From Candidatus Woesearchaeota archaeon (lineage in GTDB: Archaea > Nanobdellota > Nanobdellia > Woesearchaeales > GW2011-AR15), in contig JAVZBY010000001.1 in NCBI GenBank assembly GCA_038874655.1, forward strand, positions 133,007 through 197,006: DNA of 64,000 nucleotides. The letters are read 5' to 3'. This document shows, piece after piece, positions 47,929 through 58,161 of this stretch (its first letter is position 1; the number at the start of each line of letters is the position of its first letter). The position numbers were made by a program, and so were the translations under genes. Under the pieces are notes generated by a model that had not been told where the DNA came from, did no database searches, and saw only the letters and a list, made by a program, of their open reading frames with translations.

Positions 47929-49443
47929 ATGGATGAAATTATTTTAAAGTTGATTAAAAAGAATTATTTAGTTAGTGAGGATTTTTTATCTTCAGTTAAA
48001 AGTAAAGTTATTAATTTAAAAAATTTTGATGATTTTTTGAAATTTTTAGATGAAAATAATTTTTTTGTTGTTGATATTAAAGCATATAATTCTTTTTTAA
48101 ATAAAATAAAAGAAAAAGAAACACAAAAAAAAGAAAATAAGAATTATCCATATGGAAAAATTAATGATGAAGGCAATAAAAATTTTTCCGATATTGAAAT
48201 TTTGGAGTCATATACAGAAAAAAATGTTAAAATTTCTGTAAATGATTTTGTTAATCTTTATAATAAAAGATTTATATCCTTGCAATCAATATTGAGACAG
48301 AGAAAAGAATTAGAGGGAGCAGTTTCAATTAAAAGAATTTCTTTTTTGGATGATAAAGAAAATGTTAGTTTTATTGGAATGATATCAGAAATAAATTATA
48401 CTAAGAATAATAATCTTATTTTGACTTTAGAAGATAATACTGGAAAAATAAAAGCAATTCTTACAAAGAATAAAGAATTAGAGTTTAATGTTAAAGAATT
48501 AACACTTGATGAAGTTATTGGAATTGTAGGTGTTAAGTCAGAAAGTGTTGTTTTTGTAAATTCAATTATTTTACCAGATGTTCCTTTAAATGGAGAACCA
48601 AAAAAATCATTAAAGAAAGAATCAGCTGTTTTTATCAGCGATGTTCATATTGGATCTAAAGCATTTTTAAAGAAACAGTTCGAAAATTTTGTTGAGTGGT
48701 TGAAAGGAAATTATGGAGATGAAAACTTAAAAGAACTTTCAAAATATGTAAAATATCTTTTTATTATAGGAGATTTAGTTGAAGGAATTGGTATATTTCC
48801 AGACCAAGAAAAAGATTTAGAGGTTTTAGATATTTATGAACAATATTCTATTTTTAGTGGTTATATAAAAAAAATTCCAAACCATATAAGAGTGATAATT
48901 GCACCAGGTAATCATGATTCCTTAAGAATTGCAGAACCACAACCACAAATACCAAAAGAATTAGTTCCTGAATTATATGATAAAGAAAATATTTTTTTCG
49001 TATCAAGTCCTTCTTTAGTTAAGATTGCAAAAGATAGTTCTTTCAGCGGATTTGATGTTCTTGTATATCATGGGTTTTCTTTTCCTTATTATGCAGATGC
49101 AATAGAGCCATTAAGAATCAAAGGCGGTCTTGAAAATACAGAAAATATATTACATTTTTTATTAAGAAAAAGACATTTAGCACCAACACATGGTTCAACA
49201 CAATATCAATTAGGTTATGATGAAGATCCTTTAGTAATAAAAAAAGTTCCTGATTTTTTTGTTAGTGGACATGTTCATAGAGCAAGTGTGAAAAATTATA
49301 GAAATGTGATACTTTTAAATTGTGGTTGTTGGGTAACACAAACAGAATATCAGGAAAAAAGAGGCTTAGTTCCAATGCCTGCAAAAGCAATTTATGTAGA
49401 TTTATCAACAAGAGAAACAAAGATTTTGGATTTTATGAATTAA
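47929..49443 (+). CDS. polB: DNA polymerase D small subunit DP1
   Basis: OB fold; SDVHIGS, GDLVEG.G, PGNHD, YHG, RHLAPT, GHVH. Confidence 0.95.
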   Translation: MDEIILKLIKKNYLVSEDFLSSVKSKVINLKNFDDFLKFLDENNFFVVDIKAYNSFLNKIKEKETQKKENKNYPYGKINDEGNKNFSDIEILESYTEKNVKISVNDFVNLYNKRFISLQSILRQRKELEGAVSIKRISFLDDKENVSFIGMISEINYTKNNNLILTLEDNTGKIKAILTKNKELEFNVKELTLDEVIGIVGVKSESVVFVNSIILPDVPLNGEPKKSLKKESAVFISDVHIGSKAFLKKQFENFVEWLKGNYGDENLKELSKYVKYLFIIGDLVEGIGIFPDQEKDLEVLDIYEQYSIFSGYIKKIPNHIRVIIAPGNHDSLRIAEPQPQIPKELVPELYDKENIFFVSSPSLVKIAKDSSFSGFDVLVYHGFSFPYYADAIEPLRIKGGLENTENILHFLLRKRHLAPTHGSTQYQLGYDEDPLVIKKVPDFFVSGHVHRASVKNYRNVILLNCGCWVTQTEYQEKRGLVPMPAKAIYVDLSTRETKILDFMN

Positions 49444-49502
49444 CTTTTAAAAATATATTAAAGGTTATTTAATCATGAAAATTTATTATTTTAAGATATA
49501 AA

Positions 49503-52500
49503 ATGGAAGCAACAAAAGAAATGAAAGAGTATTTTAATTATATAGAGAATGAAGTAAAAAAAATTTATAATATTAGCACAGAAGCAAGAAAAAAAGGATA
49601 TGATCCAGAAGAAAAAGTAGATATTCCTTTAGCTAAAGGAATATCAGAAAGAGTAGAAGGTTTAGTGAGTGCAGCAGTTCCAGAAATTTTGAATTCTGGT
49701 GTTTCTCAAAGAATATTGAAATTAGAAAAAGAATATGGTTTATTAGACTGGAGAGTAGCTTTAAAGATAGCTGAGGAAGTTTCACAAGAAAAGTTTTGTA
49801 AATTTGAAAATAAGATAAAAGCAATGGAGACTGGTGTAAGAGTAGGATTAGCTTATATTACCTTAGGTGTTATCTCTGCACCATTAGAAGGGTTTATTGA
49901 ATTAAGAGCCAAAAAAAGAAAGGATGGCAAAGAATATATTTCAGCTTTTTATGCTGGACCAATTAGAGCGGCAGGTGGAACAGCAGAAGCTGTTTCTTTA
50001 ATAATAGCTGATTATGTAAGATTAAAAAATGGCTATTTTCCTTATGACCCAACAGAAAAAGAAATAAAAAGATATGTAATGGAATTAAAAGATTATCATG
50101 AAAGAGTTACTAATTTACAATACAACCCCTCTGAAGAAGAAATTGAATTTTTAGTTAAAAATTTGCCAATTGAAATAAATGGAGATCCAACAGAAGATAT
50201 AGAAGTTTCAAATTATAAAGATTTGGAAAGAGTAGAAACAAACAGAATTAGAGGTGGTTTATGTTTAGTTTTGGCAGAGGGGTTAGCTCAAAAAGCACCA
50301 AAATTATATAAGCAAGTAAAAAAGTGGGGAAAATCATTTGGATTAAGCTGGGATTTTCTATCTGATTTTATTGAAATACAAAAAAAAATTAAAGCAAAAT
50401 CAGATGTAAAAAAGGAAAAACAAGAAGAAAAAATTTTACCAAATTACACTTTTATTAAAGATTTAGTTGCAGGTAGGCCTGTATTAGCTTTTCCTTTGAA
50501 ATATGGTGGATTAAGATTAAGATATGGAAGAACAAGAACGACAGGGTTGGCTGCTGCAGCATTACATCCACAAACAATGCATGTTTTAAATGAATATATT
50601 GCAATAGGGACACAAATAAAGGTTGAAAGACCTGGAAAAGCTGCTGCAATAACATCTTGTGATACAATAGATGGTCCAATAGTTAAGTTAAAAGATGGTT
50701 CAGTAATAAAACTAGAAACAACAAAAATAGAAAACGAAAAAATTGAGAAAATACTTTTTTTAGGTGATATATTAATAAATTATGGCGATTTTTCTGAAAA
50801 CGGACACAAATTAGTTCCATGTGGTTATTGTCAGGAATGGTGGATAAAAGATTTTGAAAAATCTGCAGTTAATTTGTTTGGTGCTTTAGATTTTAATAAA
50901 ATTGCAACACTCCTCTCTGTAGATAGAACAATAATAAAAAATCTTTTTTCCAATCCTTTAAAAACAAAAATAACACCAAATTTAGCATTTAAAATATCAA
51001 AGCAATTTAAAATTCCTTTGCACCCAGATTTTATTTATTATTGGACAGCATTAAATATGAAAGAGCTAAAAGAACTTTTTAATTGGTTTTATGAGGGAAA
51101 TAAAATTTATGAAAATAATAAGCTTTTGAAATTAATTCTAAAGCATTCAAAAGAAAAGGAATTTTTAGAAAAAATAGGAATGCCACATTTGTTTGTAAAT
51201 AAAGAATATGTTGTTATTGAACATGAAAATGCGGTTGTTTTAGATGAATTGTTCTTGAAAAAAGATAAAGAATATGTTTTTTCTTTTTTTGAAAATAATG
51301 AAGAAGATGTTTTAGAAATTTTATCAAACATTAGCGGATTTATTATTAGAGATAAAGCAGGAACTTTTATAGGAGCAAGAATGGGTAGGCCAGAAAAAGC
51401 AAAAATGAGAAAATTAAAAGGTAGCCCACATTTCTTATTTCCTGTTGGCGAAGAAGGGGGAAAATTAAGAAGCATACAATCCGCACTTGAAAAAGGAAAA
51501 ATTAAAGCAGATTTTGCCCTTTTTTATTGTGATAAATGCAAAAAAGAAACAATCTTTTCTGTTTGTGAATATTGCAATACTAAAACAGAAAAAAGGTATT
51601 TTTGTGATAAATGTGGTTTACTAAAACAAAAATGTAAACATGAAAAGGTTGTTTCATATAAAAATAAAGAAATATCCATAAATGATATTTTTAATTCAAT
51701 TATTATTAGGTATAATTTTAATATTTTTCCTGATTTGATTAAAGGAGTTAAGGGAACAAGTAATAAAGAACATATTCCAGAACATTTAATTAAAGGCATA
51801 TTAAGAGCAAAACACCATATTTATGTTAATAAAGATGGAACAATAAGATACGATATGATTGAAGTTCCAATAACACATTTTAAACCAAAAGAAATTGGAA
51901 CCTCTATTGAAAAATTAAAAGAAATGGGATATCTTTATGATGTTAAAGGAAACCCTTTAGTAAATGAAGATCAAGTTTTAGAATTAAAACCACAAGATAT
52001 CATTATGCCAGCATCATTAGAAACAGGAGATGAGCCAAGTGATGAAGTATTTTTTAGAATAGCAAATTTTGTAGATGATTTATTAGAGATTATGTATGGA
52101 TTGCCTAGATATTATAATTTGAAAAATAAAAAAGATATTATAGGTCATTTAGTTATAGGCTTAGCACCACATACATCAGCAGGGATTATTGGGAGAATTA
52201 TAGGGTTTTCAAAAACACAAGGTATGTTAACACATCCATTGTATCATGCAGCAATGCGTAGAAATTGTGATGGGGATGAAGCATGTGCAATTCTTTTGTT
52301 AGATGCGTTGCTTAATTTTTCAAGATCTTTTTTACCAGATAAAAGAGGTTCTAGAACAATGGATGCACCTTTAGTTTTAACAACAATATTAGTGCCAGGA
52401 GAGGTTGATGATGAAGTTCATGGTTTAGATGTTGTTTGGGAGTATCCATTAGAATTTTATGAAGCAGCACAACAATATAAAAACCCGTGGGATGTTAAAA

Positions 52501-53015
52501 TTGCACAAATAGATAATTTTTTAGGAACAGAAAGACAATATGAAAAAATGGGGTATACACATGAAACAACTAATATTAATAATGGTGTTTTGTGTTCTGC
52601 ATACAAATTACTTCCAACAATGGAAGATAAATTAAAAGGTCAGATGGATTTAGCTGATAAAATTTGTGCTGTTGTAGCAGATGATGTTGCACAATTAGTT
52701 ATAGAAAAACATTTTTTAAAAGATATAAAAGGAAATTTAAGAAAGTTTTCTACACAACAATTTAGGTGCTCCAATTGTAATCAAAAATATAGAAGACCTC
52801 CATTAAAAGGAAAGTGTGATTGTGGCGGAAAAATAATTTTTACTATTTCAGAGGGAAGTATTATAAAATATTTAGAACCAACAATGAGTATGTCAAGGAA
52901 GTATAGATTACCTAAATATTTAATGCAAACTTTAGAAGCATTACAAAGACAAGTAGATTCTATTTTAGGCAAAGAAAAAGAAAAACAAGTTGGGTTAGGA
53001 AATTGGTTTGGTTGA
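49503..53015 (+). CDS. polC: DNA polymerase D large subunit DP2
   Basis: AGPIRAAGGT, RLRYGR, GARMGRPEK, RRNCDGDE, MDAPLVL; no intein evident. Confidence 0.97.
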   Translation: MEATKEMKEYFNYIENEVKKIYNISTEARKKGYDPEEKVDIPLAKGISERVEGLVSAAVPEILNSGVSQRILKLEKEYGLLDWRVALKIAEEVSQEKFCKFENKIKAMETGVRVGLAYITLGVISAPLEGFIELRAKKRKDGKEYISAFYAGPIRAAGGTAEAVSLIIADYVRLKNGYFPYDPTEKEIKRYVMELKDYHERVTNLQYNPSEEEIEFLVKNLPIEINGDPTEDIEVSNYKDLERVETNRIRGGLCLVLAEGLAQKAPKLYKQVKKWGKSFGLSWDFLSDFIEIQKKIKAKSDVKKEKQEEKILPNYTFIKDLVAGRPVLAFPLKYGGLRLRYGRTRTTGLAAAALHPQTMHVLNEYIAIGTQIKVERPGKAAAITSCDTIDGPIVKLKDGSVIKLETTKIENEKIEKILFLGDILINYGDFSENGHKLVPCGYCQEWWIKDFEKSAVNLFGALDFNKIATLLSVDRTIIKNLFSNPLKTKITPNLAFKISKQFKIPLHPDFIYYWTALNMKELKELFNWFYEGNKIYENNKLLKLILKHSKEKEFLEKIGMPHLFVNKEYVVIEHENAVVLDELFLKKDKEYVFSFFENNEEDVLEILSNISGFIIRDKAGTFIGARMGRPEKAKMRKLKGSPHFLFPVGEEGGKLRSIQSALEKGKIKADFALFYCDKCKKETIFSVCEYCNTKTEKRYFCDKCGLLKQKCKHEKVVSYKNKEISINDIFNSIIIRYNFNIFPDLIKGVKGTSNKEHIPEHLIKGILRAKHHIYVNKDGTIRYDMIEVPITHFKPKEIGTSIEKLKEMGYLYDVKGNPLVNEDQVLELKPQDIIMPASLETGDEPSDEVFFRIANFVDDLLEIMYGLPRYYNLKNKKDIIGHLVIGLAPHTSAGIIGRIIGFSKTQGMLTHPLYHAAMRRNCDGDEACAILLLDALLNFSRSFLPDKRGSRTMDAPLVLTTILVPGEVDDEVHGLDVVWEYPLEFYEAAQQYKNPWDVKIAQIDNFLGTERQYEKMGYTHETTNINNGVLCSAYKLLPTMEDKLKGQMDLADKICAVVADDVAQLVIEKHFLKDIKGNLRKFSTQQFRCSNCNQKYRRPPLKGKCDCGGKIIFTISEGSIIKYLEPTMSMSRKYRLPKYLMQTLEALQRQVDSILGKEKEKQVGLGNWFG

Positions 53016-53032
53016 ATATTTTTAAATTATTT

Positions 53033-53326
53033 TTAATAATAAAAAATAATGTTTATATAAGGGATATCTTTTATTTTTTTAACATTATTTTCAGAAATTA
53101 TTTTCTCTTTTATTAAAAAATTGATAGTTTTTATACCAACAGCGTTTATGCTAGAAGCATTAGATATTTCCATCAATATTTCTGATTCAGATTTTTTTTC
53201 TCCTTTATAAAAATTAGAGCTTAAATCTAAAATTAATGTTTCAGTTTCTATTTTTTTTCCTAGTAATTCAGAATCACATATAGCAAGAATTTTTTTCTCT
53301 CCTGCAATATGTTTTTTTAATATCAT
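53033..53326 (-). CDS. DUF424-family protein
   Basis: LAICDSELLGK, FY.GE, NAVG. Confidence 0.85.
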   Translation of the reverse strand: MILKKHIAGEKKILAICDSELLGKKIETETLILDLSSNFYKGEKKSESEILMEISNASSINAVGIKTINFLIKEKIISENNVKKIKDIPYINIIFYY

Positions 53327-53349
53327 TTTTTAATTTTTTTTGAATATTA

Positions 53350-53748
53350 TTAATTTACAGGGTATTTTGCACCGCATGCATTACATCTTAAAAAAGTAAT
53401 TCTATCTTGTTTGGTTAGTGTTGTTTCTGGTTTGCCACATTCTTTACAGATAACATATTTTTTTGTATATTCTTGTATTTTTTGATTTATTGTTGAAGCG
53501 CTTATTTTTCTTCCTAAAATTAGAAGAGGTTTTTTAACTTCTGCAGGTGTTGCTAATTCTTTTAAAATATATTTTAAGAAGTGTTCTTCATCTCTTTGAA
53601 GTTCATTAGCAATTTGGAAAAAGTTTGATAAAACTGTTTTATTTCCTTGTATATGACCTCTTATATTTGAAACAGTAAATCTTTCTGTTCTTAATACAGA
53701 TTCAGGTAAGTTAGCACGAGCTCTTTTTAGTAATTCATCATAATTCAT
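53350..53748 (-). CDS. eif2b: Translation initiation factor aIF-2 beta
   Basis: YDELLKRA, GNKT...NF, YVICKECGKPET, C.ACGA. Confidence 0.95.
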   Translation of the reverse strand: MNYDELLKRARANLPESVLRTERFTVSNIRGHIQGNKTVLSNFFQIANELQRDEEHFLKYILKELATPAEVKKPLLILGRKISASTINQKIQEYTKKYVICKECGKPETTLTKQDRITFLRCNACGAKYPVN

Positions 53749-53801
53749 AAGAAAAAGAAAAAAAAGAAGATATTTAAAAGTGTTTGTAATTTTTTTTATA
53801 T

Positions 53802-54269
53802 TTAAGCAACTTTACCTCTAATTGAACCTACAGCGTTATTTGTTAATCCACTTTCTGTGTTTGTATATGTTACTGTTACATCATTAGCATCAAATTTGTT
53901 TCCTTTATTTAAGCTACAAGCAATATTTACCTTTAATACTTCATTATTTGGAACTACAGCAGATGAGGTAAATGTTGTATTACTAGCACCAACTGCAAAA
54001 GTTGCTGTTCCTTGGCAAGCTGTTGTTGTTGCACTTGAAACAGTGACAGGGAAACCATTGTTATTTTTTAATGCAAAAGTAATTCCTGTTGTTGTTATAG
54101 CTGCTTTATCAATACAATCCATTCCTGCTGGGAATTGACATCTCTCAGGCAATAACCTTGCAGGATCTAATACACCAAAATATGCTAAAGCAGCAATTGC
54201 AGCAATTACTACTAATATTGCCCAACCATAGGTCATTAAAAATTCCATGGCTGCTTGTCCTTTTTTCAT
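53802..54269 (-). CDS. Archaeal type IV pilin-like protein
   Basis: Class III signal MKKGQ/AAMEFLMTYGWAILVV; Thr/Ala-rich beta domain; RBS GAGGTGA. Confidence 0.88.
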   Translation of the reverse strand: MKKGQAAMEFLMTYGWAILVVIAAIAALAYFGVLDPARLLPERCQFPAGMDCIDKAAITTTGITFALKNNNGFPVTVSSATTTACQGTATFAVGASNTTFTSSAVVPNNEVLKVNIACSLNKGNKFDANDVTVTYTNTESGLTNNAVGSIRGKVA

Positions 54270-54401
54270 TATATCACCTCTTTCCCTGGAAGGGATTCAA
54301 TAGTATATTTTATTTTATATTTTATTTTAATTAAATATTATAAAGATATCTAATATATAAATATTACGCTTTTGTATACTGGTTTGTAAAATTATTTATT
54401 T

Positions 54402-55487
54402 TTACCTAGTTATTTCAAAAGATTCAACTTTTTCTTTTAACTTTTTAGCTTCTAGGTTATTTTCAAAATATAATCTTGTAGGTTTGATTAGTTCATTAAT
54501 ATAATAAGCACAAGATTTTTTTAAATCTAAAGGATGTATTTTACCTTCAACGTATAATGATTCTAACTCATTATAACTTTTAATTATTAGTGTTCCTCCA
54601 AATTTATCAGGTCTTTTTATTTCGATGTTATTATATTTTTCAAATATTATATATTTAAAATATTCTAGAATTGGATTTTCATTAGATTGTTTTTCAGGAC
54701 AATATGCTTTGTTTATTTTTCTATTAATATCTTCTTCTTTGTCAGTCATGAAAATAGCAGTATCTGGTTTTGATTTTGACATTTTTAATTCAATTGCTCT
54801 CTCTATGGTATCTTTTTTCTCAGTTTTTATCTGTTGTAAGCCTAAAAGCATATGATGGCTAACAATTATTGGTTTATAGAATCCAATTTTTTCTCCAATT
54901 TCTCTTGCTAAAACATTTACTTTTCTTTGATCAAGGCCTAATTGACATATATCTGCTTTTAAATGAAATATGTCTGCTGCTTGCATACAAGGATATAAAA
55001 TATGGGATGCTTGTAAAATATCTTTTTCAGTTCTACCCATAATTTGTGTTGTTCTAAGTATTCTGTTTAGTGTCGTGTTTCTTGCTATTTGCATGACAGT
55101 TTTCCAGTATTCTTTATTATTTAACAAATCAGAAGCCCATATAAATTCTACATTATTTATATCTAAATCACAAGATTTCCAAACTTCAATGAAATATTTG
55201 CCAACAATTTGTATTTTTTCTAAATCACCGGACATTTTATTGTTTGCCCAAGCATGCCAATCAGCAATCAACATTTTAAATTTGGCTCCAGCTTTTGTCA
55301 TTTTGTTTATGTTAATTGCTCTTAATAATCCTTGTGCAATGTGTATTTTACCAGAAGGCTCAAAGCCATCATAAGCAATAAAGCTTTCTTTTTTTTCAAG
55401 AAGTTCAATTAATTCTTGTTCAGTTATTATTTCTTCACCAACAGATTTTATTATATCTAATCTTTCTTTATTTGTTAGTTTAACCAT
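54402..55487 (-). CDS. tyrS: Tyrosine-tRNA ligase
   Basis: AYDGFEPSG.IH, YPCMQAADI, GLDQRK, KMSKS. Confidence 0.96.
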   Translation of the reverse strand: MVKLTNKERLDIIKSVGEEIITEQELIELLEKKESFIAYDGFEPSGKIHIAQGLLRAININKMTKAGAKFKMLIADWHAWANNKMSGDLEKIQIVGKYFIEVWKSCDLDINNVEFIWASDLLNNKEYWKTVMQIARNTTLNRILRTTQIMGRTEKDILQASHILYPCMQAADIFHLKADICQLGLDQRKVNVLAREIGEKIGFYKPIIVSHHMLLGLQQIKTEKKDTIERAIELKMSKSKPDTAIFMTDKEEDINRKINKAYCPEKQSNENPILEYFKYIIFEKYNNIEIKRPDKFGGTLIIKSYNELESLYVEGKIHPLDLKKSCAYYINELIKPTRLYFENNLEAKKLKEKVESFEITR

Positions 55488-55576
55488 TTTAAAAGAAATC
55501 TTTTTTAATATTATAAAATTTATTGTTAAATATATTTTATGATAAAATTTTTATAAATTATGATATTATAGAAAAA

Positions 55577-55691
55577 ACGACAGCGATTCTGGCTTCCCGC
55601 ACCTAAGTGCAGTACAACCAGAAACATAGGCAGGTTTAACTTCTGTGTTCGAAATGGGAACAGGTGGAACCCTGCCACTATGGCCGTCTTA
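55577..55691 (-). rRNA. rrf: 5S ribosomal RNA (stand-alone)
   Basis: Minus strand GACGGCCATAG...CACCTGTTCCCATTTCGAACACAGAAGTTAA...GTACTG...GGGAA...CGCTGTC. Confidence 0.95.
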
Positions 55692-55734
55692 TTCAATATG
55701 AAAAAACAATTCCTTTATAAATTTTATTTTTTAG

Positions 55735-56535
55735 TTAGATTTTTATAGAGTAAGTATCTTCTTTTTTTCTTATTTTTATAATTTTGCATGTTGTTAAATA
55801 TCCATTAAGTAATCCTTTTTTTGCTAATAATGGAAAAATATCTTCTTCTAAACTTTTACCTTGGTATTCTAGAATTTCCGGCTGTGCTATAAAAATAGAT
55901 GAAAAACCCAAGTAAATATCAGTTTTTTCAGGTTTTTGCTGAAATTCTAAAATTTTTGAACCTTCTATTTTTACAATACCTTTTTTTTCAGGCTCTGGTG
56001 TTGTTGTTAATAATAATGTAGCAATGCCCTTTCTTTTTATGTGCTCTTCCCATAATTTATCTAAATCTAAATCTGAAAAATATATATCACCATATAAAAC
56101 TAAAAAGCTGCCTTTTATTTTTCCTCTAATTAAACTTAATGTGTAAAAAGTTCCTAATGATTCTCTTTCTTCAATATATTCTACAGAAACTCCATATTTT
56201 GAACCATTTTGAATAATAGGAAAGACAGAATTTATTATTTTTTCTTGTGCAATTATATATATTTTTTTAAAATCATGTTCTTTTAGCTTCTTAATAATTA
56301 ATTCTATGAGAGGCATATTTTTAATTTTTGCTGTAATTCTATATTCCTCATTAGATATTTTTATATTTTCTTCTGAGCCACCAGATAAAATAACAGCAGT
56401 TTTATTTTCTCCTAATGCATAACTTACTAATAATTCAATGGCTTGACTTCTATTTCTTATATAGATATTATCAATCAAAGAATCAATTTCTTTTAGTGTT
56501 TTTTCATTAATAGTAATTGAAATTTTATGTTTCAT
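55735..56535 (-). CDS. Ribbon-helix-helix / nucleotidyltransferase-like fusion, putative regulator
   Basis: N-terminal KISITI...LKEID......NRSQAIE (CopG/NikR RHH); then AVILSGG, EYIEE...LGT, VLYGD (NTP_transferase fold). Confidence 0.85.
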   Translation of the reverse strand: MKHKISITINEKTLKEIDSLIDNIYIRNRSQAIELLVSYALGENKTAVILSGGSEENIKISNEEYRITAKIKNMPLIELIIKKLKEHDFKKIYIIAQEKIINSVFPIIQNGSKYGVSVEYIEERESLGTFYTLSLIRGKIKGSFLVLYGDIYFSDLDLDKLWEEHIKRKGIATLLLTTTPEPEKKGIVKIEGSKILEFQQKPEKTDIYLGFSSIFIAQPEILEYQGKSLEEDIFPLLAKKGLLNGYLTTCKIIKIRKKEDTYSIKI

Positions 56536-56572
56536 AATAAAAATATAAATAATTTTAATATATAAATATTAT

Positions 56573-56602
56573 TATCTTACTAAGTAGGATAAAAGTAAGA
56601 TA
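56573..56602. promoter_or_regulatory. Tripartite operator between divergent promoters
   Basis: TATCTTAC-TAA-GTAGGATA-AAA-GTAAGATA: one inverted and two direct 8-mers at 11-bp period, between TATA-like boxes on each strand. Confidence 0.62.
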
Positions 56603-56674
56603 TTTAAATATGAATTATTCTTTTCAGAAAAGCAAAAAATATGGCAAAAATAAAATATTAAAAAAGGTGAAAAA

Positions 56675-57985
56675 ATGAGTAAAGAAAATAAAAAACAAAA
56701 GAATGAAAAAAAAGAAGTTTTATCTGTAATTGGTTTAGGTTATGTGGGGTTAATTCAAGCTGCTGGTATGGCAAAATTAGGATATAAGGTTATTGGTTTG
56801 GATATTGATAAAGAAAAGGTAGAAAAAATAAATAAACAAATTCCACCTATTTATGAAAAAGGTCTTAAAGAATTATTAGAAGAAATAGTTCCAAGATATT
56901 TTACAGCAACAACAGATATGAAAGAAGCAATTATGAATTCAGATATAACCTTTATTTCTGTTGGTACACCATCAAAGAAGGAAGGTAGTATGTCAATGCA
57001 TCAATTAGAATCAGTTGTCAAAGAAATTGCACCAATGTTAAAAGATAAGAAATATCATATTTTTGTTGTTAAATCAACAGTTATTCCAGGAACATGCGAA
57101 AACATAGTTATTAAAAATATTGAGAATTTATCCGGAAAAAAGTTTGGTAAAGATTTTAGTGTTGTTATGAATCCAGAGTTTTTAAAAGAAGGTGAAGCAA
57201 TAGAAGATTTCTTTAAACCGGATAGAATTGTTTTGGGTAGTTCAGATAAAAAGGCATTAGAAAAGATTAAAGAAATATATTCTTCATTTACATGTCCTAT
57301 TTTAGAGACAGGATTTAAAGAAGCAGAGATGATTAAATATGCTTCAAATGCATTTTTAGCAACAAAAATTTCCTTTATCAATGAAATAGGAAATATTTCT
57401 AAAAGAATGGGTATAGATGCAAATATGGTTGCTAAGGGAATGGGGTTAGATAAAAGAATTAATCCTTATTTTTTGAGGTCAGGAATTGGTTTTGGAGGAA
57501 GTTGCTTTCCTAAAGATGTTAATGCATTAGTATATAAAGCAACAGAAATAGGATATACACCAAGATTATTAAGAGCTGTTTTAGATGTAAATAGAGACCA
57601 ACCAATAAGATTATTAGAGATTTTAGAACAAAAAGGACCAATTAAAGGCAAGAAAATTGGTATTTTGGGTTTAACATTTAAAGCTGGAACAGATGACACA
57701 AGAGAAAGTCCTGCATTGCAAGTAGTTAAAGAGTTGATGATGGAAGAAGCAGATTTAATTTTATACGACCCAGAAGCAATGGAAAAAGTTAAAAAATATT
57801 TCCCTCATTTGAAATATGCAAAAACAGGGCAAGAAGTTATTGATAAAAGTGATATAATTTTAATATTAACAGAGTGGCCACAATTCAGAGAATTGAATTA
57901 TGGCAATAAATTAGTAATTGATGGCAAAAACTTATTTTATGATAAGCCAAACAAGCCTAAAAATTATGAAGGGTTGTGTTGGTAA
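56675..57985 (+). CDS. ugd: UDP-glucose 6-dehydrogenase
   Basis: GLGYVG, VGTP, KST, NPEFL.EG, KYASNAFLA.KISF.NE, GFGGSCFPKD, FK..TDD.RESP. Confidence 0.93.
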   Translation: MSKENKKQKNEKKEVLSVIGLGYVGLIQAAGMAKLGYKVIGLDIDKEKVEKINKQIPPIYEKGLKELLEEIVPRYFTATTDMKEAIMNSDITFISVGTPSKKEGSMSMHQLESVVKEIAPMLKDKKYHIFVVKSTVIPGTCENIVIKNIENLSGKKFGKDFSVVMNPEFLKEGEAIEDFFKPDRIVLGSSDKKALEKIKEIYSSFTCPILETGFKEAEMIKYASNAFLATKISFINEIGNISKRMGIDANMVAKGMGLDKRINPYFLRSGIGFGGSCFPKDVNALVYKATEIGYTPRLLRAVLDVNRDQPIRLLEILEQKGPIKGKKIGILGLTFKAGTDDTRESPALQVVKELMMEEADLILYDPEAMEKVKKYFPHLKYAKTGQEVIDKSDIILILTEWPQFRELNYGNKLVIDGKNLFYDKPNKPKNYEGLCW

Positions 57986-58161
57986 ATTCTTTATTTTTCT
58001 TTTTTAAATTAATTTTTTTATTTTTTTGAAAGTCTGTTATAAACTAAAAAAGAAAATAGTTATTCTATAAAGGGATAAAAAATTATAAATAATAAGGTTT
58101 TTTTTCTATATTAGTTACTAAAAAATAGTAAAATTTATAAATAAAAAAAAAACATTCTATT

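Noticed and set aside
49503-53015. Intein in DP2 (also checked RFC and Hef)
   Set aside because: Lengths are normal and conserved motifs such as RRNCDGDE are contiguous
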